From Candidatus Cloacimonadales bacterium (GTDB lineage Bacteria; Cloacimonadota; Cloacimonadia; Cloacimonadales; JAFGVF01): 64,000 nt of DNA. A program made the position numbers and the translations under genes. The stretch lies in NCBI GenBank assembly GCA_963663475.2, contig CAXXJV010000001.1, positions 768,001 to 832,000 on the forward strand. Direction: 5' to 3'. Shown here in pieces: positions 29,549 through 39,628 of this stretch. The notes below the pieces were generated by a model, which worked only from the letters and a program-made list of their open reading frames with translations, ran no database searches and was not told the DNA's origin. Position 1 is the stretch's first letter, and each line of letters begins with the position of its first letter.

Positions 29549-29838
29549 ACCCAATAATGCAGTAGATCTTTGTGAATAACACTATATTATTCTGAAAAAG
29601 TAACTTCCATAATTTTTCCGAATATATATGTTATATGCGTCAAAATTCTGTAAGCTATTTTGCTAGAATAATCTGCACTCTTCACTAAAGTTCTACTACA
29701 CAATCTGGGTTAAACCATATAATGCAGTAGACCTTTGGGAATAGCAGAATCTTCTTTTGCTAAAAGAATCTAGCACTCTTCACCTGTGATACCTAGCTTT
29801 AGCGAAGTATTATCAAAGTTCTAATGTAGTATTAGGGT
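29549..29838. mobile_element. Two tandem MITE copies (29549-29710 long type; 29714-29838 short subfamily)
   Basis: taa|ACCC...GGGT|taa|ACCA...GGGT|taa; the first matches 43416-43578 and the second matches the reverse complement of 60625-60719. Confidence 0.85.
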
Positions 29839-30088
29839 TAAAGTGTGGAAAAAAATCAACACTTTTAAATTTAAACTTGGGGGATTAAGGCCTTCTTGAA
29901 AAGTTTTTCTACGTTAGATAGCTTTTTGCTAGCTGAGAGATAAGTATTAAATTTTCAACTACTTTTAGATATATAAGCTTTATTATCTCAAATTAAGTTG
30001 TGATTGTTAGTAAGTCTATATTCAACATAAATCTGTCATTAGTCTGTTTCAGACTAGACTTTATAGGAAAGTTTTAATTAGCCCCAGT

Positions 30089-30185
30089 AAAAAAGAGGAA
30101 GCGTTAACTGAGCAGTTAACGCTTACCTCCATTACATGCCAACCCATTATTAAGGAGAACTGTTTTCACAAGTTCATATTACCCT
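30089..30185 (-). ncRNA. Candidate ~100-nt small RNA with its own promoter and terminator
   Basis: Minus-strand TTGACA (30213-30218) with TAAAAT/TATAAA -10 at ~30189-30196; strong hairpin AAGCGTTAACTG/CAGTTAACGCTT plus U6; contains UUCUCCUU. Confidence 0.45.
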
Positions 30186-30409
30186 TACATTTTATATGGT
30201 TAGGAAAAATACTGTCAATAATAATTTTTTATAAATTAGAAAATAGGGCATTTTTAACTTGTGAAAAAGAGGCATTATTACCTTAATAAGTGAATAAAAT
30301 ACGCTAATAAAAAAAATATTCTTTTTAGTGTTATGCTTATGAAAAAACTAAAATTACTTAATAAAATGTTGCCAACTTTGAAATTAAAGTTATTTTTTTA
30401 ATAAAGGAG

Positions 30410-31180
30410 ATGCTTGTGCTTAATATTGAATACTGGTCTATGTCAAAAAAAGGAAAAAAACATACTGTAAACGAAGATAAAAGCTACAATGCTGATATGA
30501 TTAATACCTTCAATACTGGCTTATTCCTAGTATGTGATGGTGTTGGAGGTTATGCTGGAGGTGATATAGCCTCTTTCAAAGTTGCTGATAAATTCTCATT
30601 ACGTTTCTCTACTATTAGAGAAAATACGAGTGATATAGAGGGTTTTATTAGCCAAACAATTAACGAAGTTAATAATGAAATCATTAACTATGCCCAGCAA
30701 AACCCTTTATACTCAAAACTAGCAAGTACCTTAGTAGGCCTGATTATTGTAAATGAAAAGTATTACTCTTTTAGTGTTGGCGATAGTAGAATCTACTTAA
30801 GAGATAAGGTCGGCTTTAGGCAAATAAATGAAGACGATAGCAGAGTCTGGGAACGCTATAAGGCTGGTATTATTAAAAAATCAGAAATAATCAAACAAAC
30901 AGATAAAAATATTATAACCGCAGCAATAGGATTTAGAGAGCAAGTAGAACCCCATTTCTATTCAGGAAGTTTAACAGGTTATTTTCAATTTATCTTATGC
31001 TCAGATGGCTTAACAGATTTTGTTACTGAAGGAGATATTGAAAAGATTCTTTCTCAAGATAAATCTTTGAGAGATAAATGTAGTGACCTGATAAAGAAAG
31101 CTTTAGATAATGGGTCTTATGATGATATCACTGTTACTCTTATTGAAGGAGATCGCCAGTTAGCAGGTTGGTCGCAATAA
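30410..31180 (+). CDS. PP2C-family Ser/Thr protein phosphatase
   Basis: NED, VCDGVGG, VGDSRIY, LCSDGL, DDIT. Confidence 0.92.
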   Translation: MLVLNIEYWSMSKKGKKHTVNEDKSYNADMINTFNTGLFLVCDGVGGYAGGDIASFKVADKFSLRFSTIRENTSDIEGFISQTINEVNNEIINYAQQNPLYSKLASTLVGLIIVNEKYYSFSVGDSRIYLRDKVGFRQINEDDSRVWERYKAGIIKKSEIIKQTDKNIITAAIGFREQVEPHFYSGSLTGYFQFILCSDGLTDFVTEGDIEKILSQDKSLRDKCSDLIKKALDNGSYDDITVTLIEGDRQLAGWSQ

Positions 31181-31418
31181 GTACTTGCTTTGCTTATCGG
31201 AATGTAAGGCAAGATTCAGGTTAGATGGATAAATGATTCCAAGATTAACAAAAAATAAAAAAAATGTTTGACACCTAATCATAATTAATCTGAAATAAGA
31301 AAATGAGAGAAGACTAGATAAATAATAAAATTAACTAAAATGATATAAGTCCCTTTGTTTTTATTTGTTATGACTTGTGAAATAAGTTTAGATTAGTTTT
31401 ACTATTAAAAAGGAAACA

Positions 31419-33668
31419 ATGCATAAAAAACATAAACAGAATCTTACCACTTCGCTAGTATTTGTTATCTTGATTAGCTATATGCTTTTCTTTCTAAGTG
31501 CTCAATATCGCTCAGTTAGAGAAATGGAAGAAAGGTCTATTAAAGATTTAAACAATCAGCTAAAGAAAGAAGTTATTTCTTTAGAATACTGGAATATTAT
31601 ATGTAAAAAGAATATTGAAGTGTTAAGTGATAATCCACAATTTAATGACTTTTTAAAAGGCTATGGGAAGGATGCAATAGACTTTGATGACTTAGCTCAA
31701 AGAAAAGACAAGGCTTTAAAAGTTTTTTCAAATTATATAGCTAAAGAATCCATTAATGGCAAAAAACTCTTTCGCAGAATAGTCTTCCTTAATAGTGACG
31801 ATATGCCAATTTTCGAAGTGAAAGATCTAGACGATAACCAGAGATTGGATTTCTTAAAATATAAAAATTACTATTCTTTAGCAAGAACAACTACCTACCT
31901 AACTGTCTTTTTCCAGCAAGATAATTATTATTTCTTAATTATTCATCCTTATTTTAATAATGGAGAATATTATGGAAATCTAATTGCTGAAATTAATGAA
32001 GATATTCTTATGCGGGAGATATTTATAAAATATGGTGGTTCAAAAAAAGTTCTCCTTGCTGAAGGTTTTGAACAAGAGATTAGCCAAAAGTTTATCTTCA
32101 ATGATTACCAAAAGACTTCTTTCCCTAAACTAAATCAAGTTCCGATAAATTTACATGCAAAATTCAACATATATAACAGTGAAGATTCAAAAGCTCTGCC
32201 TGCTTATGTAGGTCGCTATCCAATAGAAGATTCAAACCTTGAAATATTATCTATCTACCCTAGAAGCCTATTAATAGGTAAATTCTGGTCAAACTGGTTA
32301 ATAATGGGCTTGGGCTTCTTTAGCTTCTTTGTCTTAGTGTTAATAATCTATGCCCATAGAGCCAATAGTAAACATCTAAGAATGCAGACTCAACTAGAGA
32401 TAGAAAAGAAGAAAAGTGGAGAGATTGCCGAGAAAAACCTCTTACTATCTCAAGAAATTGAAAAACGTAAGGAAACTGAAGAGGAACTCTTAAAAAGTAA
32501 TAAAAAGGCTAAAGATTTAGCTATCCAAGCTCGGAATGCAAATAAAGCAAAAACACAATTTTTAGCCAATATGAGTCATGAAATTCGTACTCCTATGAAT
32601 GCTATTATTGGCTTTACTGACCTTATTCTAAATGAAGAAAAGTGCGATTTTAAGGTTGAAAAACTAAACTTAATAAAGGATTCAGCAGACTACTTGATGA
32701 ATATTATTAATGATATTCTAGATCTTTCTAAAATTGAATTTGGTAAAATAAAAGTCAAGATATCAACTTTTTCTGTAGATAAACTTCTGGATGTTGTTAG
32801 TAATATCTATAAAAATAACACTCATAAGAAAGGGATTTACTTCAAGATTAATAAGTCGGCAAATGTACCTGAGTTTATTAATTCTGATAAACAAAAAATC
32901 TTTCAAATTCTCACTAATATTATCAATAATGCGGTTAAATTTACAGATCAAGGCGGGGTTACTCTTGTAGTTGATTACGAGAATGAAGACCTTATCTTTA
33001 AAGTAATTGATACTGGTATTGGTATAGCTGCTGATGATTATGATAAGATTTTCGAGAATTTTCATCAAATAGAGAACCAGCAAGATGTCAAATCTAAAGG
33101 AACTGGTCTAGGCTTAGCTATTAGTAAAAACTTTATTGAAATGCTCAAAGGAAGCATTGAAGTAGAGTCAAACTTAGGACAAGGCACTACCTTTACTGTA
33201 AGGGTTCCTGTGAGTGTATTCTCCTTAAAGAATGTTGAAAAGGTAAAAAAAGAAATTGAAATCAATAAGAGAATTAATGCCAAGAAAATACTTATTGCTG
33301 AAGATAATGTGATTAATCAAAAACTGATGCTGCATATTTTTAAGAGATTAAATATTGATTTTACAATAGTTAATAATGGTGAAGAAGCATTAGATTTCTT
33401 AGAAAATAACTGGGCTGATTTGATTATTTTAGATATTCAAATGCCTAAACTGGGAGGGATTGAAACCTTGAAGTTAATTAAAGAAGATGAAAGATTAAGA
33501 GATATACCAGTAATAGCTCTTACTGCTCAAGCTATGGCTGGAGACAGAGAAGACTTCCTTAAGGCTGGATTTGATGACTTTCTTTCTAAACCTGTGGATA
33601 CTAAAATACTCCAGGATAAATTAGATTTTTATACTTCTAGGCTTAATTCATATAGGGCTAATGAATAA
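31419..33668 (+). CDS. Membrane-bound hybrid sensor histidine kinase / response regulator
   Basis: Two TM helices; FLANMSHEIRTPMN H-box; N box NNAVKFT; DTGIG; GTGLGL; receiver AEDN...LDIQMP...SKP. Confidence 0.95.
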   Translation: MHKKHKQNLTTSLVFVILISYMLFFLSAQYRSVREMEERSIKDLNNQLKKEVISLEYWNIICKKNIEVLSDNPQFNDFLKGYGKDAIDFDDLAQRKDKALKVFSNYIAKESINGKKLFRRIVFLNSDDMPIFEVKDLDDNQRLDFLKYKNYYSLARTTTYLTVFFQQDNYYFLIIHPYFNNGEYYGNLIAEINEDILMREIFIKYGGSKKVLLAEGFEQEISQKFIFNDYQKTSFPKLNQVPINLHAKFNIYNSEDSKALPAYVGRYPIEDSNLEILSIYPRSLLIGKFWSNWLIMGLGFFSFFVLVLIIYAHRANSKHLRMQTQLEIEKKKSGEIAEKNLLLSQEIEKRKETEEELLKSNKKAKDLAIQARNANKAKTQFLANMSHEIRTPMNAIIGFTDLILNEEKCDFKVEKLNLIKDSADYLMNIINDILDLSKIEFGKIKVKISTFSVDKLLDVVSNIYKNNTHKKGIYFKINKSANVPEFINSDKQKIFQILTNIINNAVKFTDQGGVTLVVDYENEDLIFKVIDTGIGIAADDYDKIFENFHQIENQQDVKSKGTGLGLAISKNFIEMLKGSIEVESNLGQGTTFTVRVPVSVFSLKNVEKVKKEIEINKRINAKKILIAEDNVINQKLMLHIFKRLNIDFTIVNNGEEALDFLENNWADLIILDIQMPKLGGIETLKLIKEDERLRDIPVIALTAQAMAGDREDFLKAGFDDFLSKPVDTKILQDKLDFYTSRLNSYRANE

Positions 33669-33882
33669 TTCCCAATCATTAATATAATATTTTTCATTTG
33701 ATATGATAAAAGCAGGTTTAAATTATAGTCATTATCGCTTAATAAAGCAATTAAGATGAGCTTTTCTACAACTTAAACTCGAATAATGCATTAGAGCTTG
33801 ACCAATATGACTATATCCTTTCTTGTAACCGACCACTTACAACAAAATTATATTATGATATATAAAAAAGATAAAAAAGCTA

Positions 33883-33912
33883 TTGACAAATCTTACCCCT
33901 CACTAATAAAAT
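33883..33912 (+). promoter_or_regulatory. Candidate sigma70 promoter for the surface-protein locus
   Basis: TTGACA-18-TAAAAT. Confidence 0.5.
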
Positions 33913-34056
33913 TGTCCATAGATTTTTATTCTCTTATTTTGTTACTTAATTGAGTGAAAATCTAAGATGTGATTTTGATGAATTACTTGGTTCATTAATT
34001 TTGAACTAAGCATGGCTATGAGAAGAAATGTAGTAAATGTTAAGGAGAAATTGTTT

Positions 34057-34293
34057 ATGAAAAAGATTGTGCTAATTTTTTTAGCATCTTTATTGACTTT
34101 TTCATTAGTTTTCGCTTCTGAAAGTGAAAACTCTAACGTAACCACCACGTATTCCAATGCATACTTACTAGTATCACAGGAATATAGCTGGTTAAAATGT
34201 AATGTCGACTCAAATCTTTCTGACTCAAACTCAGTTTTCAGTCAGAATTATCTAAGTCTCATATTAAACCCGCAAACTACGAACAAAATGTAA
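34057..34293 (+). CDS. Small (78 aa) secreted hypothetical protein
   Basis: RBS AAGGAG at 34042, signal peptide MKKIVLIFLASLLTFSLVFA; ends 15 bp before the 1620-aa gene. Confidence 0.65.
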   Translation: MKKIVLIFLASLLTFSLVFASESENSNVTTTYSNAYLLVSQEYSWLKCNVDSNLSDSNSVFSQNYLSLILNPQTTNKM

Positions 34294-34308
34294 AAGGAGA
34301 TAAACCTT

Positions 34309-37300
34309 ATGAAAAAAGCTATATTAGCAATCATGTTAAGCTTATTGTTAACAACTGTTTTCGCTTTAGACTATTCAATTGAATTGTTTGATACCTATGG
34401 CGACGGTTGGAATGGTGGAATGGTTTCAGTTCACGTAGCAGGTACACCTGCACTTACTGACCTTACAATCGAAGACGGTAATGGCCCAGAAAGCCATACT
34501 TTTGCTGTTGAACCAGGAGATATGGTAGAAGTTATCTACACTGCTGGCTCATGGTCTTCAGAAAATGAATATACTGTTTATGATGAAAACAGTCAAGTTG
34601 TTGCTCAATCAGGACTTGAAGGTACTGTACCTGAAAGTATCACTTTCTATGTTCCTCAAGAAGGTGCACCTGGTATCCCTACTTTAACAGCTCCTGCTAA
34701 TGGTCTTGTTAATGTTGCTACCGATGTTAACTTAGTTTGGACTCTTGGAGAAAACACAGACCATGCAGTTCTTTATATCGCTGATAATGAAGATATGACT
34801 GATGCAACTGTTGTTGACCCTGCTACAGCTCCTTATGAAACTGACTTAGAATTAGACACTACTTACTACTGGAAAGTAGAAGCTGTTAGTCCTACTAATA
34901 TTAGTATGTCTACTCCTATATGGCATTTCACAACTGCTGCTGTTGAAGGTATTACTACTGTTTCTATTGGAAACGGTACTAGTTCTTCTAACCAATATCC
35001 TTTCAACTTCTACTACAAAAATTCTGTTGCTGAAACTATCTATTTAGCTGATGAATTAAATATCGGTGGTTTGTTACAAGGACTTAGCTTCCATAATAAC
35101 TTCGTAACAGATTTACCAGGCATGCCTGTTAATATCTGGGTTGGCGAAACAACTCAATCTGACTTATCAACTTATATCCCTGCTTCTCAATTAACTGCTG
35201 TCTTCTCTGGCACTGTTGATTTCCCTGCAGGACAAAATAATATTGCAATTGATTTTGACACTCCTTATAACTATGCAGGTGGAAACTTAGTTATCCTTAC
35301 TGAAAGAGTTATGGATGAAGAATATTATTCATCAAGTGACAAATTCTATAACACTGAAACTGAATTAGCTGCTAGAACTCTTTACTGGCAAAGTGATACA
35401 GTTGATTTCGATCCTGAAACTGTTACTGATGGTACAGCTGTTGCTTTCATGCCTAACGTTGATTTATATTTCATCGTTGAAGGTATGGGTTCTGTTTCTG
35501 GTACTGTTACTGACGGTACTAATGGTTTAGAAGGTGTTGTTTTATCTATTGATGATACTAACTATCAAGCTGTTTCTCTTGCTGATGGCTCTTTTGAATT
35601 CCCATATGTTGCAGAAGGCCAAGATTATACTTTAACTGCTTCATTACATGGTTATTATGATGGCACAGCTACTTTCAATGTAGTTGAAGATCAAGAAACT
35701 ATGGTTGATGTTACTATGACTATGCTTCCTAATGTAGAAGTTTCAGGTCAAGTTATCACTAATGACACTGGTGCTGGAATCCAAGCTCACGTTACTTTAA
35801 CAGGTTATGAAACTTATGAAGCTGATACTGATGCAAACGGTTACTTCACTATTGCTGGTGTTTATGCTAACCAAACTTATGCTGGTACTGCTGTTGCTGA
35901 AGGTTACCAACCTGGTTCATTTGAAGCTGTTGTTGTTGATGCTGATTTAGATTTAGGTACTATCTTAGTTACTGAAACTCTTTTCCCTGCTTCAAACGTT
36001 GTTGCTGCTTTAGATGGTGATGATGCTGTTGTTACATGGGATGCTCCTAACCCTAACGTTGGCGAAAATGTTCAAGAAGGTTTTGAAGGTACATTCCCTC
36101 CAACTGACTGGTCTACTGTTGTAACTAACACAACTCAATCATGGACTCAATACGAAACTGTTTCATTTGATACTGGTGATATCGTTCCTACTGAAGGTAT
36201 GTATCAAGCTGGTGTTATGTGGGATTACGGTGCACAAGATGAATGGTTAATTACTAATTCAATGAACTGTCCTGCTGGAAATCTTACTTTTGATTTCTAC
36301 GGAACTTATGGTTCAGAATATGGCGATAACTATTATGTGAAAGTTTCTACTGATGGTACAAACTGGACTCCTATCTGGAATGCTTCAGATTTCCCTGCTG
36401 GTGATAATCATTATGATACACCTATCGCAATTGATTTAAGTGCTTATGCTGGACAAAATGTTCAATTTGCTTGGAACTTTGTTGATGGTGATGGTCAAGG
36501 ACTCTGGTATGCTACATATATCGATAATGTTAATATCGGTGGAAGAAGAATTAGAGCTAATGAACTTACTGCTGTAAGTAAAGCTGTTAAAACTCCTAGC
36601 GCTTTAAGAGTTGCTAGTAGAAATAAAAAGAATCCAAATGAACCTGCTTATATGCCAATTGCTGGTATCAATAACTCACGTGCATTTGAATCTTATAATG
36701 TATATCGCTTCTTAATCGAAGATGAAGCTAATATGGATAACTGGACTTTAGTAGCTGAAGAAACTACTGCTCTTACTTATACTGATACTGATTGGTCAAC
36801 ACTTCCTGTTGGCTTCTATAAATATGCTGTTAAAGCTGTTTATACTAATGGTGCTGAAGCTAATGCAGCTGTTTCTAACTGGTTACAAAACTCAGCTATG
36901 GCTGAAGTTACTGTAAATGTTGATTCTAACTTAGGTGATGTTATTGCTGATGCAAATATCTCTTTAATGGCTCAGGTTCCAAATCCTGACGGCGAATATG
37001 ATATGTATAATGCAATGACTGATGCTACTGGTACTGCTGTAATTTCTGTTAATGTTGGCATGTATGATATTAGCATTACTGCTTCTGGTTTCACTTCTTA
37101 TAGTAGTGAAGTTGATGCTTCTGCTGATGTTACTGTTGATGCTACTTTAGATGAATTAGCATTACCTCCAACAGCTGTTGTTGCTGAACAAGTTGAAGAA
37201 GATGCTGTCATTACTTGGGGCGAACCAGGTGGTGGTGGAGCTGGCGAATGGATCACTAAAGGTGCTGAAGAAAATAACGACGGTATCGGTACTGGTTCTG

Positions 37301-39171
37301 CTGCAACCTTCCATTTTGCTCATATGTACACTGAAGCTGAATTAGCTGATTATCAAGGTATGTACATCAACTCAATGAAAATCTTCCCTAGAGAAGCTTC
37401 TGCTACTTATACTTTAAAAGTATATGGTGGTGCTGATGGTAATACTGAATTATATAGCCAAGCTGTTACTGAATTCACTAACGAAGCTTGGAATGAATAC
37501 ACATTAGATTCTTCTGTTGCTATCCCAACTGAAGGTCCTTTATACATTGGTTACTATTGTGATGCTCCTACTGGTTATCCTGGTGGTTGTGATGCTGGTC
37601 CTGCTGTTCCTGGTGGAGACATGGTTAAATTAAACGACCAAGCTGATTGGGATGTTTTATCTGAAATAGCAGACATCAATATTAACTGGAACATCCAAGC
37701 TTATGTTTCATGGGCTAGAGGTGGCCAAGTTGCTAGTGAAGGTAGAAGACTTATCCAAAAAGAAACTTCACAAGCTACTAACGATGCAAGAATCGTTCGT
37801 GGAAACTTAGCTCCTATCACAAACCCAACTCTCGTTTCTGATAGAGAATTATTAGGTTATAAAGTATGGAGATTCTTAGCTATCGACCAAGGTAATGAAG
37901 CTAACTGGACTCTTCTTACTAATGATATGATTACTGACTTAACTTATACTGATACAGGATGGGATGCCTTAGATTCAGGTACTTATAAATTTGCTGTTAA
38001 AGCTAACTATACTAATGACAATATGTCTCCAGCTGCTTTCTCAAATGTTCTTCTTAAAGACATGTATGGAACAGTTGATGGTATGGTTACTGTAGAAGAC
38101 GGTGGTGCTCCTATCAATGGTGCTAGTGTTACTTTAGATGGTAATACTGTAACTACTGATGCTTCTGGTTACTTCATCTTCACAGAAGTTTTAGCTGGTG
38201 AATATCAAATCTCAGCTTCTGCTGCTGGTTATGTTGGGGAAACTCAAACTGCAACTGTTATTGGTACTCAACTTACAACAGTTAACTTTGAACTTGCTAC
38301 TTCAAACATCCTTATTAGTGATGGTTTTGAAACTTATCCTGATTTTGCTTTAGAAGCAGCTCCATGGACTTTAATCGATGGCGACCTTTCAGGTACTTAT
38401 TCAATTACTAACACTACTTGGGCTAATGCTGAAGCTCCTCAAGCTTATATTGTATTCAATCCTTCAATGACTACTCCTCCTCTTACAGATGAGGCTTATG
38501 CTGCATACGAAGGTAGCAAATATATGGCTGCTTTTGCTTCAACTACTCCTGCTAACAACGATTGGATGATTACTCCTGAATTTACTTTAGGTGACTCTGG
38601 TTCATTCAACTTTATGGGTAAATCAATCACTGATCAGTATGGTCTTGAAAGATTCAATGTTCTAGTTTCTACTGGTTCAACAAATCCTAATGACTTTACT
38701 TCTATCTCAGGTGGAACTTATATTGAAGCTCCAATTACATGGACTCAGTATTCTTATGGTTTAGATGATTATGCTAACCAAACTATTAGAGTTGCTATCC
38801 AATGTGTATCAAATGATGCATTCATCTTCATGGTAGATAATGTTGAAATCGATGCTCCTGGTGGAACTCCTAATAATCCTGAAGTTACTCCTGTAATTTC
38901 TCAACTCATTGGTAACTACCCTAACCCATTCAACCCTGAAACAAGTATTGCTTTCTCAACTAAAGAAAATGGTCCTGTATCTATTGATATCTACAATGTT
39001 AGAGGTCAAAAAGTAAGATCACTTCTTAATGAAAATAAAGAAGCAGGAAACCACACTGTTGTTTGGAATGGTAAAGATGATAATGGTAAGAATGTTGCTT
39101 CTGGTGTATTCTTCTACAGAATGAAATCAGGAAAATATTCTTCAACCAAGAAAATGATTCTTATGAAATAA
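34309..39171 (+). CDS. Large secreted surface protein: FN3-like, carboxypeptidase-regulatory-like, cleaved-adhesin/MAM-like domains and C-terminal FlgD-Ig sorting domain
   Basis: Signal peptide; GSVSGTVTD repeats; DGFETYPDF...NDWMITP cleaved-adhesin; GNYPNPFNPET...WNGKDDNG...KKMILMK. Confidence 0.88.
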   Translation: MKKAILAIMLSLLLTTVFALDYSIELFDTYGDGWNGGMVSVHVAGTPALTDLTIEDGNGPESHTFAVEPGDMVEVIYTAGSWSSENEYTVYDENSQVVAQSGLEGTVPESITFYVPQEGAPGIPTLTAPANGLVNVATDVNLVWTLGENTDHAVLYIADNEDMTDATVVDPATAPYETDLELDTTYYWKVEAVSPTNISMSTPIWHFTTAAVEGITTVSIGNGTSSSNQYPFNFYYKNSVAETIYLADELNIGGLLQGLSFHNNFVTDLPGMPVNIWVGETTQSDLSTYIPASQLTAVFSGTVDFPAGQNNIAIDFDTPYNYAGGNLVILTERVMDEEYYSSSDKFYNTETELAARTLYWQSDTVDFDPETVTDGTAVAFMPNVDLYFIVEGMGSVSGTVTDGTNGLEGVVLSIDDTNYQAVSLADGSFEFPYVAEGQDYTLTASLHGYYDGTATFNVVEDQETMVDVTMTMLPNVEVSGQVITNDTGAGIQAHVTLTGYETYEADTDANGYFTIAGVYANQTYAGTAVAEGYQPGSFEAVVVDADLDLGTILVTETLFPASNVVAALDGDDAVVTWDAPNPNVGENVQEGFEGTFPPTDWSTVVTNTTQSWTQYETVSFDTGDIVPTEGMYQAGVMWDYGAQDEWLITNSMNCPAGNLTFDFYGTYGSEYGDNYYVKVSTDGTNWTPIWNASDFPAGDNHYDTPIAIDLSAYAGQNVQFAWNFVDGDGQGLWYATYIDNVNIGGRRIRANELTAVSKAVKTPSALRVASRNKKNPNEPAYMPIAGINNSRAFESYNVYRFLIEDEANMDNWTLVAEETTALTYTDTDWSTLPVGFYKYAVKAVYTNGAEANAAVSNWLQNSAMAEVTVNVDSNLGDVIADANISLMAQVPNPDGEYDMYNAMTDATGTAVISVNVGMYDISITASGFTSYSSEVDASADVTVDATLDELALPPTAVVAEQVEEDAVITWGEPGGGGAGEWITKGAEENNDGIGTGSAATFHFAHMYTEAELADYQGMYINSMKIFPREASATYTLKVYGGADGNTELYSQAVTEFTNEAWNEYTLDSSVAIPTEGPLYIGYYCDAPTGYPGGCDAGPAVPGGDMVKLNDQADWDVLSEIADININWNIQAYVSWARGGQVASEGRRLIQKETSQATNDARIVRGNLAPITNPTLVSDRELLGYKVWRFLAIDQGNEANWTLLTNDMITDLTYTDTGWDALDSGTYKFAVKANYTNDNMSPAAFSNVLLKDMYGTVDGMVTVEDGGAPINGASVTLDGNTVTTDASGYFIFTEVLAGEYQISASAAGYVGETQTATVIGTQLTTVNFELATSNILISDGFETYPDFALEAAPWTLIDGDLSGTYSITNTTWANAEAPQAYIVFNPSMTTPPLTDEAYAAYEGSKYMAAFASTTPANNDWMITPEFTLGDSGSFNFMGKSITDQYGLERFNVLVSTGSTNPNDFTSISGGTYIEAPITWTQYSYGLDDYANQTIRVAIQCVSNDAFIFMVDNVEIDAPGGTPNNPEVTPVISQLIGNYPNPFNPETSIAFSTKENGPVSIDIYNVRGQKVRSLLNENKEAGNHTVVWNGKDDNGKNVASGVFFYRMKSGKYSSTKKMILMK

Positions 39172-39223
39172 TATTACTGGTAAAGCTTGCATTTATGTAA
39201 GCAAACCTCTAATAGAAATATAT

Positions 39224-39250
39224 AAGCCCTGCAAATGCAGGGCTTTTTTT
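39224..39250 (+). terminator. Intrinsic terminator
   Basis: AAGCCCTGCA-AA-TGCAGGGCTT followed by a T-run. Confidence 0.88.
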
Positions 39251-39357
39251 GCTTGTTAACAAACTCCCGATTTATCGAAAGCCCCAAAAAATAAATTTTG
39301 GCTCTTGTTCAAGTCTGGTGTTTAAACCCAAATAATACATTATTTATCATTTTATTA

Positions 39358-39532
39358 AACCCTTACAGGGTAATATCTTTGGGCTAGCCATCATTACCCA
39401 GGGTTGCGATACTTTCAGCATCTTACCCTGGGCTAAATTATTTTATCCCTTTCAGGGATTTTTGATGAATCAAAATAGTAATGAAATATTCTCATTTTCC
39501 TATATTATTCCCACCAGACTTGAACTTGAACC
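39358..39532. repeat. REP-like cluster (CCCTTWCAGGG hairpins flanking CCCAGGG...CCCTGGG); 39431-39532 is duplicated at 3993-4164
   Basis: Nested palindromes; the duplicated block serves as the MITE empty site. Confidence 0.7.
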
Positions 39533-39628
39533 GTATAATTTTACTGATAGGAGTACGTTTTGCTTGCAAAAAAAAGCTAATAGATAAAAATCTACTAGCT
39601 TTGTTTGCTTTCATTCAAATTTTTTGAA

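Noticed and set aside
29840-30409. Riboswitch or type I toxin-antitoxin locus
   Set aside because: I recognised no aptamer consensus. The plus-strand AAGGAG is not followed by a start codon for a hydrophobic peptide.
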